The position numbers and the translations under genes are program-made. From Candidatus Omnitrophota bacterium (lineage in GTDB: Bacteria; Omnitrophota; Gorgyraeia; Gygaellales; JBFMHM01), in assembly GCA_040753015.1 (NCBI GenBank), contig JBFMHM010000001.1:147157-211156 (forward strand): a stretch of 64,000 nucleotides of DNA, in the 5' to 3' direction. Positions 27,104 to 38,579 of this stretch are shown piece after piece. The number at the start of each line of letters is the position of its first letter. Within the stretch, counting starts at the first letter, position 1. The notes under the pieces are model-generated. The model saw nothing but the letters and a program-made list of their open reading frames with translations. It had not been told where the DNA came from and did no database searches.

Positions 27104-28095
27104 TTTTCTTTCTGATTTAATTTAACAAGATCAATCTGCATTCCAAGGTTTAATCCCATCCCACTCAAAAGCTCTTTGATCTCAGTTAATGATTTTTTAC
27201 CAAAATTCCTAAACCCAAGCATCTCTTCTTCGGACTTAGTTACAAGTTCTCCGATTGTTTTTATATTAGCCTCTCTTAAGCAATTTGAACTTCTAACAGA
27301 AAGCTCAAGCTCAGAAATAGGAAGCTTAATTTTTTCTAGAAGCGCCCTCTCTTCTTGAGTCAACTCAAGACCTTGCTCCTCTTCTTCGGGTAATTGGCCA
27401 AAATTTACGAATATTTCCAAATGCCGTTGTAAAATATTAGATGCGTATAACAATGCATCTTTAGGAGAAATTGCGCCATTCGTAAAAATTTCTAAAATAA
27501 GTTTTTCATAATCAAGCCTCTGCCCTACCCTGGTATTTTCAACAGTGAAATTAACTTTCTTCAGTGGACTAAATATAGAATCAACTGCGATTGTGCCCAC
27601 TGAATGCTCTTCTTTTTTATTTAATTCTGCAGGATAATAGCCCCTGCCGCGCCCAACCTCTAACTCCATTTTAAATTTTACATCTTTAGTCAAAGTTAAT
27701 AAATGTAGTTTAGGATTAATAACCTCTACCGTCTCATCAGTAATTATATCGCCGGCTGTTATCTCGCCCTTTGTATTTTTTTCAATACTAATTGTAGTGG
27801 GGGTCCTTGTATGCGAACGCAATATCAGATTTTTTATATTTAGGACAATCTCTGTAGCATCTTCTAATACACCGGGCAATGCAGAAAATTCATGGCTTGC
27901 GCCATGAATTCTTATCGCGGTAACGCTTGCTCCTTCTATAGATGAAAGAAGCACTCTTCTTAATGAATTTCCTAAAGTAACCGCATAACCTTTTTCAAAC
28001 GGCTCTGCGATAAATTTACCATAAGTATCGGTGAGGCTGGATTCTTCACATTCTAATCTTTTCGGTAGAACAAAATCTCTCCATTTAATACCCAT
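27100..28095 (-). CDS. rpoA: RNA polymerase alpha
   Basis: EPFEKGYAVTLGNSLRRVLLSS; LELSVRSSNCL. Confidence 0.98.
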   Translation of the reverse strand: MGIKWRDFVLPKRLECEESSLTDTYGKFIAEPFEKGYAVTLGNSLRRVLLSSIEGASVTAIRIHGASHEFSALPGVLEDATEIVLNIKNLILRSHTRTPTTISIEKNTKGEITAGDIITDETVEVINPKLHLLTLTKDVKFKMELEVGRGRGYYPAELNKKEEHSVGTIAVDSIFSPLKKVNFTVENTRVGQRLDYEKLILEIFTNGAISPKDALLYASNILQRHLEIFVNFGQLPEEEEQGLELTQEERALLEKIKLPISELELSVRSSNCLREANIKTIGELVTKSEEEMLGFRNFGKKSLTEIKELLSGMGLNLGMQIDLVKLNQKEK

Positions 28096-28121
28096 TCACT
28101 CCTCCTTGAATAACTGCTATA

Positions 28122-28748
28122 TTACTTTGAATATAACTCGACAATAAGTTGTTCTTGGATTGGAAGCTGTAAGTCTTCTTTCTCCGGAAGCCTAACTACC
28201 TTTGCTGTTAAATTATCCTGATCTAATTCAAGCCATCCAGGCTTTACTACATCTTTAGTCTGCTCTAAATTCTGTTTAAAATTTTCTTTAGTCTTATCTT
28301 TAGCCCTAATTTCTATAACATCACCTGTCTTAATTAAATAAGACGGAATATTCACCCGCCTTGAATTTACGTAAACAAAATTATGCCTTACTATCTGCCT
28401 TGCCTGATTATGAGAAACTGCAAAACCAGTTCTTAAAATAACGCTATCTAAGCGCCTTTCTAATAATTGAATAAGAACTTTTCCCGTAACACCTTTTGTT
28501 TTTGAAGCAAGCTCAAAATAATTACGAAATTGCTGTTCAAGTAAACCATAATATCGCTTTACTTTTTGTTTTTCTCTCAACTGTATACCATAATTAGAAA
28601 GTTTTGTTCTTGCTTGGCCATGCTGTCCCGGTGCATACGCACGTCTTGTAACCGCACATTTAGGGCCGTTGCAACGAATACCTTTTAAAAAAAGCTTCAT
28701 ACCCTCTCTTCTACATTTTCTACATGTTGCTCTTAAGTCTTTTGCCAT
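28122..28748 (-). CDS. rpsD: 30S protein S4
   Basis: QLREKQK; LERRLD; IVELYSK. Confidence 0.98.
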   Translation of the reverse strand: MAKDLRATCRKCRREGMKLFLKGIRCNGPKCAVTRRAYAPGQHGQARTKLSNYGIQLREKQKVKRYYGLLEQQFRNYFELASKTKGVTGKVLIQLLERRLDSVILRTGFAVSHNQARQIVRHNFVYVNSRRVNIPSYLIKTGDVIEIRAKDKTKENFKQNLEQTKDVVKPGWLELDQDNLTAKVVRLPEKEDLQLPIQEQLIVELYSK

Positions 28749-28750
28749 AA

Positions 28751-29164
28751 TTACACCCTTCTTTGTTTCTTAGCCCGGCAGCCATTATGAGGAATCGGGG
28801 TTGTATCTTTTATAGAGGTGACATTAAGCCCGGCTGCCTGCAAAGCTCTAATTGCGGATTCTCTGCCTGAACCTGGGCCTTTCACAATAACATCAACTTC
28901 TCTTAAACCCATATCTTTAGCACGCTTAGCGGCATTATCAGCTGCAACCTGTGCTGCAAATGGAGTAGATTTTTTTGACCCGCCAAAACCAACTATTCCC
29001 GGGGACGACCATACTAATACATTACCAGCCTTATCAGTTATTGAAATAATCGTATTGTTAAAACTTGCCTGAATAAAAACAATACCCGACGTTGAACTTA
29101 ATGTTCTTTTCTTTTTCGTCTTGGGTTTATCTTGTGCTGGTTGTACAGGTTGTTCTTGAGCCAA
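28751..29164 (-). CDS. rpsK: 30S protein S11
   Basis: ASFNNTI; KSTPFAAQ; PIPHNGCR. Confidence 0.98.
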   Translation of the reverse strand: MAQEQPVQPAQDKPKTKKKRTLSSTSGIVFIQASFNNTIISITDKAGNVLVWSSPGIVGFGGSKKSTPFAAQVAADNAAKRAKDMGLREVDVIVKGPGSGRESAIRALQAAGLNVTSIKDTTPIPHNGCRAKKQRRV

Positions 29165-29178
29165 TTTATCTTCTCCTT

Positions 29179-29565
29179 TTATTTAGTTTCGGTCTTTTTA
29201 ACTATTGCCATATTCGTTTTTCTAGGCCCTTTACGAGTCCTTGCATTCGTACGGCTTCTTTGCCCCCTCACAGGAAGGCCTCGCCTATGCCGAAGTCCGC
29301 GCCAACTGCCAATATCAATTAACCGCTTAATACTTTGAGATATATCTCTTCTTAAATCCCCCTCTAACTTATAACCACTTTTTTGTAATGTAGAAGTTAT
29401 ACGAGAAACCTCTTCTTCAGTTAAATCTTTAGCCCGTTTGTCAGGTGATATCCCTGCAGTCTGTAAAATTTTATTTGAATTATGCCTACCAATACCATAA
29501 AGATAGGTAAGAGCAATCTCCATTCTTTTTTCTCTCGGTATATCAACACCTAAAATTCTTGGCAC
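29179..29565 (-). CDS. rpsM: 30S protein S13
   Basis: LTYLYGIG; [18 protein letters not shown]. Confidence 0.98.
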   Translation of the reverse strand: MPRILGVDIPREKRMEIALTYLYGIGRHNSNKILQTAGISPDKRAKDLTEEEVSRITSTLQKSGYKLEGDLRRDISQSIKRLIDIGSWRGLRHRRGLPVRGQRSRTNARTRKGPRKTNMAIVKKTETK

Positions 29566-29589
29566 CTAAATCCTCCTTCAACCCTATAT

Positions 29590-29703
29590 TTATCCTTGTT
29601 TTTGTTTATGTTTTGAATTAATACAAATAACGTGAACTATGCCGCGTCTTTTAATAATTTTACACTTATCACAAATTTTTTTAACAGATGCTTTAACTTT
29701 CAC
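29590..29703 (-). CDS. rpmJ: 50S protein L36 (not in ORF track)
   Basis: Manual translation from GTG: [37 protein letters not shown]. Confidence 0.97.
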   Translation of the reverse strand: MKVKASVKKICDKCKIIKRRGIVHVICINSKHKQKQG

Positions 29704-29727
29704 CCTGTTACATCTCCTTTACGTAAA

Positions 29728-29940
29728 TTAAACTCTATAGGTTATACGCCCTCTACTTAAATCATAGGGCGAAAGCTCAACCTTTACTTTGTCGCCGGCA
29801 AGTATTCTAATAAAATGAACTCTTATCTTCCCAGATATATGCGCGAGCACCTTGTGCCCATTGTCGAGTTCAACTCGAAACATACCATTAGGCAAAGTTT
29901 CCAAAACTGTTCCTTCGGTCTCTATTAACTCTTCTTTCAT
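29728..29940 (-). CDS. infA: Translation initiation factor IF-1
   Basis: [10 protein letters not shown]; [13 protein letters not shown]. Confidence 0.98.
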   Translation of the reverse strand: MKEELIETEGTVLETLPNGMFRVELDNGHKVLAHISGKIRVHFIRILAGDKVKVELSPYDLSRGRITYRV

Positions 29941-29944
29941 GTCT

Positions 29945-30688
29945 TTAACTTGTTAATATTTTTGGCCCATCAGATGTTACTGCTATCGTATGCTCAAAAT
30001 GTGCTGAGGGCAGCCTATCTTTTGTAACCGCTGTCCACCCATCATCTAAAATTTCGACTTCTGGTTTGCCTAAATTAATCATTGGCTCGATCGCCAAAAC
30101 CATTCCCTCTTGTAAAATTGGGCCACACCCAGCTTGGCCATAATTTGGTATTTCGGGATCTTCATGCAATTCTCTACCTATACCATGCCCAACAAAATCA
30201 CGCACAACTGAAAATCCATTCTTTTCAGCATGCCCTTGAATAACATTAGATATATCAAAAAGATGATTGTCTTTTTTTGCCTGATTAATTCCTAAATACA
30301 AAGCTTCTCTGGTTATATCAATAAGATGTTGCAATTTTGGATTAATTTTTCCTATCCCAAACGTCGTTGCAGTATCAACAAAAAAACCATCGATCTCCAT
30401 ACCTATATCAAGGCTCAATATATCGCCATTTTCTAATTTACGTTCATCTGGTATACCATGCACTATAACCTCGTTTACCGATGTACAAATATTCGACGGA
30501 TACCCGCGGTAATTTTTAAAAGCTGGCCTAGCACCGGCATTATTTATCAAAACTTCAGCCCACATATCAATCTCTGAAAGCTTAATGCCTGCTTTAATCC
30601 TAGAACAAAGAATTTCAATTATACGGGATAGAACTATACCCGCCTTTTTCATTTTGGCGATTTCTTCTTTTGTTTTAAGAAAAACCAT
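29945..30688 (-). CDS. map: Methionine aminopeptidase type I
   Basis: [11 protein letters not shown]; GHGIG..HEDP; AIEPM; SAHFEHT. Confidence 0.97.
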   Translation of the reverse strand: MVFLKTKEEIAKMKKAGIVLSRIIEILCSRIKAGIKLSEIDMWAEVLINNAGARPAFKNYRGYPSNICTSVNEVIVHGIPDERKLENGDILSLDIGMEIDGFFVDTATTFGIGKINPKLQHLIDITREALYLGINQAKKDNHLFDISNVIQGHAEKNGFSVVRDFVGHGIGRELHEDPEIPNYGQAGCGPILQEGMVLAIEPMINLGKPEVEILDDGWTAVTKDRLPSAHFEHTIAVTSDGPKILTS

Positions 30689-30701
30689 TATAATTCAAAG
30701 A

Positions 30702-31346
30702 TCAAGATTTGAGAACAGCAATAAGCTTATTAAATAATAATTTAGCGTCAATGTTAGCATCAACTGTCAAAAGTTTATTTTTATTTTTATAATAATCGAT
30801 CAAATCCAAGGTCTTTTCTTCATAAACTTTTAACCTATTTAAAATAACTTCTTCTTTATCATCGGCTCGTTGAAAAAGTTTCTCATTACATAAATCACAA
30901 ACGCTATCTTTTTTAGGAGGCATATTAATTATATGAAAATTCGCCCCGCATCCTTCACATACGCGCCGCCCAGAAAGTCTTTTAACAACCGTATCTTTAT
31001 TTACCTCAAAATAAATCACTCTATCTATAATAATATTTGAATTAATAAAAAACTTATCTAAATCTTCGGCCTGTATTATATTTCTTGGAAAACCATCTAA
31101 GATAAAACCATTTATGCATGCTTGATTTTTTAATTTTTCAGTAGTTATCCGCGTAACTAAATCATCTGGTACAAGCTGGCCGCCCTCTATATATTTTTTT
31201 GCTTCTTTTCCAAGCTGAGTATCATTCTTAAGTTCTTCTCTTAAGATATCTCCGGTTGATATATGAGGAATATTAAATTTAGCGGCAAGCATTTTTGCCT
31301 GCGTGCCTTTACCTGCTCCAGGCGCACCTAATAAAATTAGCCTCAT
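30702..31346 (-). CDS. adk: Adenylate kinase with Zn lid
   Basis: GAPGAGKGT; LDGFPR; CEGC..CDLC. Confidence 0.97.
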   Translation of the reverse strand: MRLILLGAPGAGKGTQAKMLAAKFNIPHISTGDILREELKNDTQLGKEAKKYIEGGQLVPDDLVTRITTEKLKNQACINGFILDGFPRNIIQAEDLDKFFINSNIIIDRVIYFEVNKDTVVKRLSGRRVCEGCGANFHIINMPPKKDSVCDLCNEKLFQRADDKEEVILNRLKVYEEKTLDLIDYYKNKNKLLTVDANIDAKLLFNKLIAVLKS

Positions 31347-32680
31347 CGTCTACCCCTAAGAGTTCCTTTTTGCATAAATCCTTCGTAATTTCTGAGTAAA
31401 AGCTGTGATTCAATTTGTTTCATTGTATCAAGCATAACACCGACAACAATCAATATACCTGTACCGCCAAAGAACGATGCAACTAAATAAGGAATCTTGA
31501 GCCAGGCCATAATAAAATCAGGAAATATTGCTATAAAAACAATAAACAAAGCTCCTGCTAACGTAATTCTTGTCATTACAAAATCTAGAAATTCTACTGT
31601 CGGTTTACCTGGGCGGATTCCCGGGACAAAACCGCCGTATTTCTTTAAATTTTCTGCAATTTCATTTGGTTGAAATACAATGGCTGTATAAAAATAACAA
31701 AAGAAAATAATTAACAAAGCATAAACAAGTGTATATAAAAAATGTCCTCGCGATAGAGCTTGGGCAAATTTTTGAAATGCTGGATTTGGAATAAACGTAC
31801 CGAGCGTTGCCGGGAATAGAATTATCGACTGTGCAAAGATAATCGCAATAACACCGGCAGTATCAACCTTTAAAGGTATATAAGTCTGTCCGCCTCCGTA
31901 AACATTCCTACCAACTACACGCCTTGCATATTGAACTGGTATGCGACGCTGGCCTTGAGTAATAAGTGCAACCGCCCAAATAACTCCAACTAACAGAACA
32001 GCCATAATTAAATAACTAAAAGGTTGGATTTGCTGCCTTACTGATATCAATTGGTTTACTGCCGAGGGGAGCCGTGAAACAATACCTGCAGTGATTATTA
32101 AAGAAATTCCGTTACCAATGCCTCTTTCTTGAATTTGCTCACCTAACCACATTATAAAAATTGTACCACAGGTAAGCGTAAGAACAGTTAAAATTCTAAA
32201 TCCCCACCCTGGATGAGGAACAATCGCAAACCCTTGGCTAAATCCTTCGAATCTAGTTGGATGCTCAAGCCATAAAGCAATAAAAAAAGATTGAACCGCA
32301 GCCAAAACTACTGTCCCATATCTGGTATATTGATTAATTTTTTGATAACCAGCTTTACCCTCTTTAGATAATCTTTCAAGAGCAGGAATTACAGCTGTTA
32401 AAAGCTGCAAAATAATTGAACTCGAGATGTAAGGCATTATACCTAAGGCGAAAATAGTTAGTCTTTCCATAGCACCACCGGAAAACATATTCATTATGCC
32501 AAAGAGCGCACCCCCCTGTCCACGGGAAATATAATCGAAGAGCTCGCCTAATGCAATAGCATCAATCCCTGGAGTAGGAACAAAACATCCAATTCTATAA
32601 ACTATAAGCAGGCCTAATGTAATTAAAACACGCTTTTTTAAATCTGGTATTTTAAAAATGCTTGCGAAGCCTTTAAGCAT
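31343..32680 (-). CDS. secY: Preprotein translocase SecY
   Basis: ALGIMPYISSSI; GIGNGISLII; GGFVPGIRPG. Confidence 0.98.
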   Translation of the reverse strand: MLKGFASIFKIPDLKKRVLITLGLLIVYRIGCFVPTPGIDAIALGELFDYISRGQGGALFGIMNMFSGGAMERLTIFALGIMPYISSSIILQLLTAVIPALERLSKEGKAGYQKINQYTRYGTVVLAAVQSFFIALWLEHPTRFEGFSQGFAIVPHPGWGFRILTVLTLTCGTIFIMWLGEQIQERGIGNGISLIITAGIVSRLPSAVNQLISVRQQIQPFSYLIMAVLLVGVIWAVALITQGQRRIPVQYARRVVGRNVYGGGQTYIPLKVDTAGVIAIIFAQSIILFPATLGTFIPNPAFQKFAQALSRGHFLYTLVYALLIIFFCYFYTAIVFQPNEIAENLKKYGGFVPGIRPGKPTVEFLDFVMTRITLAGALFIVFIAIFPDFIMAWLKIPYLVASFFGGTGILIVVGVMLDTMKQIESQLLLRNYEGFMQKGTLRGRR

Positions 32681-32681
32681 A

Positions 32682-33125
32682 TTATTTTATAATTTCTGGT
32701 TTTCCGCCTGCCTCTGTAATTTTTCTCAAAGCAGGGCCTGAAAAATAATGAGCCTTTATTGTTAGAGCTTTCTTTAACTGGCCATTACCTAAAATTTTAA
32801 CTTTCAAATTTTGATTTTTAATCAATCCGACTTGCTCTAATTCTAAGGGCGTTATTATTTCGCTTTTTTTAATTTTTTTCAAATCTTCTAGATTAATAAT
32901 TTCATATTTTTTGGATGCCTTTGACCTAAATCCTCTTTTCGGAATTCTCCTTATTAAGGGTGACTGACCGCCTTCAAAGCCAGTATAAAAATGACGCCCT
33001 GATCGCGAATTCTGCCCCTTAACGCCACGACAAGAAGTTTTGCCGTGCCCAGACCCAGAACCTCTCCCAACAATTTTCCTCTTTTTTACTGCACCATGGG
33101 GCCTAACTAGGTTGTTCATCAACAT
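32682..33125 (-). CDS. rplO: 50S protein L15
   Basis: [11 protein letters not shown]; [14 protein letters not shown]. Confidence 0.97.
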   Translation of the reverse strand: MLMNNLVRPHGAVKKRKIVGRGSGSGHGKTSCRGVKGQNSRSGRHFYTGFEGGQSPLIRRIPKRGFRSKASKKYEIINLEDLKKIKKSEIITPLELEQVGLIKNQNLKVKILGNGQLKKALTIKAHYFSGPALRKITEAGGKPEIIK

Positions 33126-33594
33126 TTTGCTTTACCTCTTTTTGGCCAGAAACAGCTACTTTTAAATTTAATAAACCATCCATTGTTGCCTTAATAACAT
33201 TTACGGGATTATTTGATTTTAAACATTTTGTTAAAATATCTTTTATGCCAGCGGCTTCCAGAACTGCCCGGACGCTTCCAGATGCAATAATACCGGTACC
33301 TTCGCTTGCTGGCTTAAGCAAAACCTTTGCCGCGCCAAAATGGCCTATTATCTCATGAGGTATTGTTGTGCCTACCCGATGTATCTTTACCATCGCTTTT
33401 TTTGCTTTAGACAAACTTTTCTTAATTGCATCGGCTACTTCGCCTGCTTTTTCCAAAGCAAAACCAACTCTGCCGTTGGTATCGCCAATAACTATTAATG
33501 CACTAAAAGAAAGTTTTTTACCGCCTTTTGTAACTTTGGCTACACGACCGATCCTAACAATTTTTTCATATAATTGAACCTGTTCTTCTTGCAT
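33103..33594 (-). CDS. rpsE: 30S protein S5
   Basis: [10 protein letters not shown]; [10 protein letters not shown]. Confidence 0.97.
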   Translation of the reverse strand: MQEEQVQLYEKIVRIGRVAKVTKGGKKLSFSALIVIGDTNGRVGFALEKAGEVADAIKKSLSKAKKAMVKIHRVGTTIPHEIIGHFGAAKVLLKPASEGTGIIASGSVRAVLEAAGIKDILTKCLKSNNPVNVIKATMDGLLNLKVAVSGQKEVKQNVDEQPS

Positions 33595-33596
33595 AA

Positions 33597-33959
33597 TTAA
33601 AATTCAATGCCTCCCTTTCTTAAAGCATCGGCAAATGCTTTTATTCTGCCATGGTATAAATAACCGCCTCTATCAAAAGCGATTTGTTTAATATTTTTTT
33701 CTTCCATCTTTTTAGCTAGCTCTTGCCCCAAAATGGTTGCAGCTTTTATATTTCCACCATAAACAAGTTTACCTTTTAGATCTTTTGATAATGTAGACAT
33801 AGAAAGAACTGTTGTATGCACATTATCATTAATCAGTTGAGCGGAAATATTCTTTAGACTTCTATGCACAACTAAACGAAGTCGCGCCTCTGTGCCTTTT
33901 AAATTAATCCTAGATCTGTTATGCCTCTTAATGCGTCGTGACTCGCTATTTAATCTCAT
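33597..33959 (-). CDS. rplR: 50S protein L18
   Basis: [14 protein letters not shown]. Confidence 0.97.
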   Translation of the reverse strand: MRLNSESRRIKRHNRSRINLKGTEARLRLVVHRSLKNISAQLINDNVHTTVLSMSTLSKDLKGKLVYGGNIKAATILGQELAKKMEEKNIKQIAFDRGGYLYHGRIKAFADALRKGGIEF

Positions 33960-34495
33960 TTTGTAGCAGCCTTTCCAATTTTCTTCTTAACATATTCACC
34001 TTTATATCTTATACCTTTGCCCTTATAAGGCTCTGGTGGAAAAATTGCCCTAATTTGAGCCGCAATTTCACCAACCCTTTGCTTATCAATACCGCTAATA
34101 ATTATTGTTTGCGGCTTTGGAGTAGTAATATTTATATCATTAGGGATAGGGTATTCCACAGAATGCGAAAAACCTAAATACATAGTTAATTTTTTTCCCT
34201 TAATTTCTGCGCGAAAGCCAATACCAACAACTTCTAATTCTTTAGAATAACCCTCTGTAACACCACAAATCATATTTGCAATCAATGCTCTTGTTAAACC
34301 ATGTAATGACTTAGCGATTTTTGTATCTGATTTTCGCGTTACTTTTATATGAGAACCCTCTACTTGTATATCAATCAATGGTGAAAATGTTTGTATTAGT
34401 TTTCCCTTCGGTCCTTCAATATTTGCAACTTTATCAGAAATTGCAATTTTAACACCCTTGGGTATTATAACTGGTTTTTGGCCTATTCTTGACAC
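33956..34495 (-). CDS. rplF: 50S protein L6
   Basis: MSRIG; PEPYKGKGIRY. Confidence 0.98.
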   Translation of the reverse strand: MSRIGQKPVIIPKGVKIAISDKVANIEGPKGKLIQTFSPLIDIQVEGSHIKVTRKSDTKIAKSLHGLTRALIANMICGVTEGYSKELEVVGIGFRAEIKGKKLTMYLGFSHSVEYPIPNDINITTPKPQTIIISGIDKQRVGEIAAQIRAIFPPEPYKGKGIRYKGEYVKKKIGKAATK

Positions 34496-34513
34496 AAAAA
34501 ACTCCTTTGATTT

Positions 34514-34909
34514 TTAATAAATACTACAGACAACTTCACCGCCAAGCCCCTTTTCTTTTGCTTCTTTGCTACTAATAATTCCAGATGGGGTTGATAAAAT
34601 AGCTATCCCTTGCCCACGTAAAACAATAGGTATTTTATCTTTTTTTACATATACTCTAAGCCCCGGTCTAGATACTCTTTTTAGGCTTGTAATTGCGGGA
34701 TTTTTTTCTTGATCATACTTTAAATAAACGCGCATCTTATTATATTTAGAATCTAGTGCTTGAAAATTTTCAATATAACTCTCTTTCTTAAGTATCTCTA
34801 AAATAGATTTAACTACCGAATTAATCATTATATCAACATTTTCTTTTTTAATTTTGGATGCATTCATTATTGCTGTTAATGCATCGGCAATCATATCACT
34901 TCTACTCAT
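34514..34909 (-). CDS. rpsH: 30S protein S8
   Basis: RVSRPGLRVY; GGEVVC. Confidence 0.97.
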   Translation of the reverse strand: MSRSDMIADALTAIMNASKIKKENVDIMINSVVKSILEILKKESYIENFQALDSKYNKMRVYLKYDQEKNPAITSLKRVSRPGLRVYVKKDKIPIVLRGQGIAILSTPSGIISSKEAKEKGLGGEVVCSIY

Positions 34910-34921
34910 AATATTCCTTTC

Positions 34922-35107
34922 TTACCAGCTAGCTTTTTTAACACCCGGAACCTCGCCTTTCCAGGCAAGTTCCCTAAAACAAATCCGGCATAATCTAAAT
35001 CTCCTTAGATAACCTCCAGACCTGCCACAGATACTACAACGATTATAACCACGGCTACTAAATTTAGGTGTCTTTTTCCAACGCTCTATTTGAGATTTTT
35101 TTGCCAT
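34922..35107 (-). CDS. rpsN: 30S protein S14 (Zn type)
   Basis: [28 protein letters not shown]; start set at MAKK. Confidence 0.96.
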   Translation of the reverse strand: MAKKSQIERWKKTPKFSSRGYNRCSICGRSGGYLRRFRLCRICFRELAWKGEVPGVKKASW

Positions 35108-35146
35108 TTTATTTCCCTTACCCCGATAGCACAAGCCTTTTCGAGG

Positions 35147-35689
35147 TTATTTCTTAAATGGTATACCAAACAATTTTAATAATTCTCTTGATTCGTCCTT
35201 TGAACTATTGTTTATTACAAAGGTAATATCCATGCCCTGTGCACGGCTAATTTTATCAAATTCTATTTCTGGAAAAATACCTTGCTCTTGAATTCCTAAA
35301 GTATAATTGCCTTTCTTATCAAAGGAGTTATCTTTCACACCTCTAAAATCTCTAATTCTTGGCAAAGCTACACTAACTAATCTGTCTAAGAATTCATACA
35401 TTATATTTTTTCTTAATGTCACTTTGCAGCCAATAACAGTATTTTCTTTAACTTTAAAATTTGATATTGATTTCTTTGCTCTTGTATATACTGGCTTTTG
35501 CCCTGTAATATGAGATAATTCTTCTAAAGCTTTATCAACAATTTTTATATCGGTTATACCTTCGCCAACACCCATATTAACTACAATTTTACTAAGACTA
35601 GGCACCTGCATTGCATTTTTATAATTAAATGTTTTTTGCATAGCTGGTATTATTTCTTTGCGGTATTTTTCAAGTAAACGAGGTGTCAT
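35147..35689 (-). CDS. rplE: 50S protein L5
   Basis: KIVVNMGVG; LPRIRDFRG; IFPEI. Confidence 0.98.
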   Translation of the reverse strand: MTPRLLEKYRKEIIPAMQKTFNYKNAMQVPSLSKIVVNMGVGEGITDIKIVDKALEELSHITGQKPVYTRAKKSISNFKVKENTVIGCKVTLRKNIMYEFLDRLVSVALPRIRDFRGVKDNSFDKKGNYTLGIQEQGIFPEIEFDKISRAQGMDITFVINNSSKDESRELLKLFGIPFKK

Positions 35690-35691
35690 TT

Positions 35692-36009
35692 TTATAAAAC
35701 CTCCTTACAAAGCTTACAAATCCGCTGCTTCTTGCCCTCTTTATCAAAAATAAATGTGTTTCTAACAGCCCTGTTGCATTGTTTGCAAAATAATTTTAAA
35801 TTAGATATATGTATTGGACGCTCAACTTGAATCACGCCGCCTTGTTGATTTTCTTGGCTGCGGCGCGTATGTTTCTTTACAATATTTACGCCCTCAACGG
35901 TTGCTCTTTGAGCCTTAGGAAAAACTCTTATTACCCGCCCGCTTTTACCTTTATCTTTTCCAGCTATTACATAAACATTATCTTCTTTTCTTATTCTCAT
36001 TTTATACAA
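35692..36009 (-). CDS. rplX: 50S protein L24
   Basis: [11 protein letters not shown]; VEGVNI; PIHISN. Confidence 0.97.
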   Translation of the reverse strand: MYKMRIRKEDNVYVIAGKDKGKSGRVIRVFPKAQRATVEGVNIVKKHTRRSQENQQGGVIQVERPIHISNLKLFCKQCNRAVRNTFIFDKEGKKQRICKLCKEVL

Positions 36010-36370
36010 CCTCTGGTGCTAAAGAAATAATTTTAGTGAATCCTCTATCACGTAACTCCCTGGCCACCGGGCCAAATACTCTAGTGCCGCGGGGATTTAA
36101 TTGCGCATCAATTATAACAACAGCATTACGATCAAATCTTAATATAGAACCGTCGTTCCTCCTTATCGCATTTTTTGTCCTTACTATAACTGCTTTTGCG
36201 ACCTGCCCCTTCTTAACAACAGCGTTTGGCGTAGACTCTTTAACATTTACATTAACAATATCGCCTACCTTAGAAATAAGTTTTCCTCTTTGACCGATTA
36301 CACCGATAAAAGAAACTTTTCTTGCGCCAGTATTATCTGCTACGTCTAAAATTGTACGAATCTGGATCAT
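36002..36370 (-). CDS. rplN: 50S protein L14
   Basis: VADNTGA; [12 protein letters not shown]; SLAPEV. Confidence 0.98.
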   Translation of the reverse strand: MIQIRTILDVADNTGARKVSFIGVIGQRGKLISKVGDIVNVNVKESTPNAVVKKGQVAKAVIVRTKNAIRRNDGSILRFDRNAVVIIDAQLNPRGTRVFGPVARELRDRGFTKIISLAPEVV

Positions 36371-36615
36371 TTCAAAACCTCAATTAGCCTAAAACGCTTA
36401 TCTTTTGATAACGGCCTCGTCTCTTCAATTAAAACCTTATCACCAATTTTAGCTTGGTTTTTCTCATCATGCGCTTTAATTTTTTTATACTGTTTTATTA
36501 TCTTGTTATATTTCGCATGTTTTGTAAGACGCTCAGTTTTAACTACAATGGTCTTTTGCATTTTATTGCTTACAACTATACCCATCTTTTGCTTTCTTGC
36601 TATTGAACTGCTCAT
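36367..36615 (-). CDS. rpsQ: 30S protein S17
   Basis: VVSNKMQKT; [10 protein letters not shown]. Confidence 0.97.
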   Translation of the reverse strand: MSSSIARKQKMGIVVSNKMQKTIVVKTERLTKHAKYNKIIKQYKKIKAHDEKNQAKIGDKVLIEETRPLSKDKRFRLIEVLK

Positions 36616-36812
36616 TTATTTTCCTTTTTTGTTTCGCGAGATAAAAGCGTTTCAATTCTAGCTAAATCTTTTTTTATCAATGAAAATGCGTGTGGTTTTT
36701 CAACTCTACCAGTCTTCCTCTGATAATTTAGCTTAAAAAGCTCTGCTTTTAAATTATCTCTTTTCTGCATCAACTCTTCTTTAGTTAGATCTATTAATTC
36801 TTTGAATTTCAC
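36612..36812 (-). CDS. rpmC: 50S protein L29
   Basis: Position between rplP and rpsQ; KKDLARIET. Confidence 0.93.
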   Translation of the reverse strand: MKFKELIDLTKEELMQKRDNLKAELFKLNYQRKTGRVEKPHAFSLIKKDLARIETLLSRETKKENK

Positions 36813-36849
36813 TCTACTATTTTCTCCTAATTTCTCAATTAATTAATTT

Positions 36850-37263
36850 TTAGTGCGCCCTTGTAATAAACTTCGATTTAATTGGTAATTTGTAAGCGGC
36901 TAATCTAAATGCCTCACGGGCTAAATCTTCAGGAACACCGCCTATTTCAAACATAATCATTCCGCGCTTCACAACACAAACCCAATGATCTAATTCACCT
37001 TTGCCTTTTCCTTGGCGTGTTTCAGCCGGTTTTTTTGTAATCGACTTATCAGGAAACACTCTAAGCCAAAGCTTACCGCCGGCTCTAAGCTGCCTTGCAA
37101 GAATAACACGCACAGCTTCTATATGCGTATTCTTTAACCAACCATTATCTAAAGCTTTAAGCCCATACTCTCCGAAAGAAAGACTCGACCCTCTTGTTGC
37201 AATCCCTCTACGTTTGCCTTTCTGAAGCTTGCGATATTTTACACGTTTTGGCATTAAAACCAT
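36850..37263 (-). CDS. rplP: 50S protein L16
   Basis: LMPKRVKYRK; GKGKG; AAYKLP. Confidence 0.98.
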   Translation of the reverse strand: MVLMPKRVKYRKLQKGKRRGIATRGSSLSFGEYGLKALDNGWLKNTHIEAVRVILARQLRAGGKLWLRVFPDKSITKKPAETRQGKGKGELDHWVCVVKRGMIMFEIGGVPEDLAREAFRLAAYKLPIKSKFITRAH

Positions 37264-37265
37264 AA

Positions 37266-37946
37266 CTAACCTTCCTTGTTATCTACGATTTTATTACTGT
37301 CAGAATCTACGGGCTTTGAAAAAATATCCCCTTTATAAACCCAAGTCTTGACGCCGATATACCCATATGTTGTGGCGGCTTGTGCAAAACCATAATCAAT
37401 ATTCGCACGTAAAGTCTGCAAAGGAACCTTGCCTTGTTTATATGTTTCAGTCCTAGACATTTCGGCTCCGCCTAAACGCCCCCCGCAGCTTACTTTAATG
37501 CCCTCGCAACCTGCATTTAGCGCCTGTTCCATAGCCCTCTTTATTGCTCTTCTGAAAGCAATACGTTTTTCAAGCTGTAAAGCAATATTTTCAGAAATTA
37601 ATTGTGCGTCTAACGCTGGTTGTTTAATATCTTCTATCTCGATAATTAACTCTTTGCTAGTTATTTTATTTATTTGCGCCTTTAGCTGCTCAATTTCCGA
37701 ACCATGCCTACCAATAAGAACACCCGGCCTTCCTGAACAAATTCTTACCTTAATTTTATCTCCACCAAGACGCTCTATAATTACTCTTGCAATTGATGCT
37801 TGCCTATAATTAGTAGTTATCAATTTTCTAATTTTATAATCCTCTTCTAAATTCTTTGGAAATTCCTTCTTTTTTGCAAACCAAAGGCTTAACCAGCTTT
37901 TATTTATTCCTATACGCTGTATAAATGGATGAACTTTTTGTCCCAC
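37266..37946 (-). CDS. rpsC: 30S protein S3
   Basis: MGQKVHP; GRLGGAEM; VPLQTLRA. Confidence 0.98.
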   Translation of the reverse strand: MGQKVHPFIQRIGINKSWLSLWFAKKKEFPKNLEEDYKIRKLITTNYRQASIARVIIERLGGDKIKVRICSGRPGVLIGRHGSEIEQLKAQINKITSKELIIEIEDIKQPALDAQLISENIALQLEKRIAFRRAIKRAMEQALNAGCEGIKVSCGGRLGGAEMSRTETYKQGKVPLQTLRANIDYGFAQAATTYGYIGVKTWVYKGDIFSKPVDSDSNKIVDNKEG

Positions 37947-37947
37947 A

Positions 37948-38283
37948 TTACCTCCTTAAATCCAACTCTAACTTTATATGAGATGTTCTCTTTAAAATCC
38001 CTGTTGCCCGGCCAAAACTTGCCGCTCGGAATCTTTTCCAAACTGGGCCGTTATCAGCCGTTATTTTCGATATATAGAGATCCTTCTGGTTTAATCCCTT
38101 TGCCTTTAAATTACTAATTGCCGAATTTATTAATTTAATTATTGTCTTAGAATAACGCCTGTCATCTAATGCTGATAAGATATTTTTTGCTTCTAAAACA
38201 CCTTTACCTCTGACTAAATTAATTAAAGGCCTCATCTTCGAAGCTGAACCCCGGACAAATCTTAATTTTACTTGTGTTAACAT
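37948..38283 (-). CDS. rplV: 50S protein L22
   Basis: ILKRTSHI; position; start set at MLTQ. Confidence 0.95.
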   Translation of the reverse strand: MLTQVKLRFVRGSASKMRPLINLVRGKGVLEAKNILSALDDRRYSKTIIKLINSAISNLKAKGLNQKDLYISKITADNGPVWKRFRAASFGRATGILKRTSHIKLELDLRR

Positions 38284-38284
38284 A

Positions 38285-38572
38285 TTATGTCTTCTCAACT
38301 GCTTTCTTGGCTTTTACGCCACCGTGCTTCTTAAAAATTCTCGAAGGAGCAAATTCACCTAATTTATGCCCTACCATATTCTCGGTAACAAATACCGGTA
38401 TATGCTTTCTGCCATCATAAACACCAAAAGTTAAACCAACGAAATCAGGTATAATTGTTGAACGCCTTGACCAGGTCTTAATAACTTCCCGCTTGCTGAT
38501 TTTTTTAGATTTTTCAACTTTTTTTAATAAACTTTCTTCGACAAATGGACCTTTTTTTAATGACCTTGGCAT
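38285..38572 (-). CDS. rpsS: 30S protein S19
   Basis: RSLKKGPF; TWSRRS; GHKLGEFAP. Confidence 0.98.
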   Translation of the reverse strand: MPRSLKKGPFVEESLLKKVEKSKKISKREVIKTWSRRSTIIPDFVGLTFGVYDGRKHIPVFVTENMVGHKLGEFAPSRIFKKHGGVKAKKAVEKT

Positions 38573-38579
38573 CTATCCC

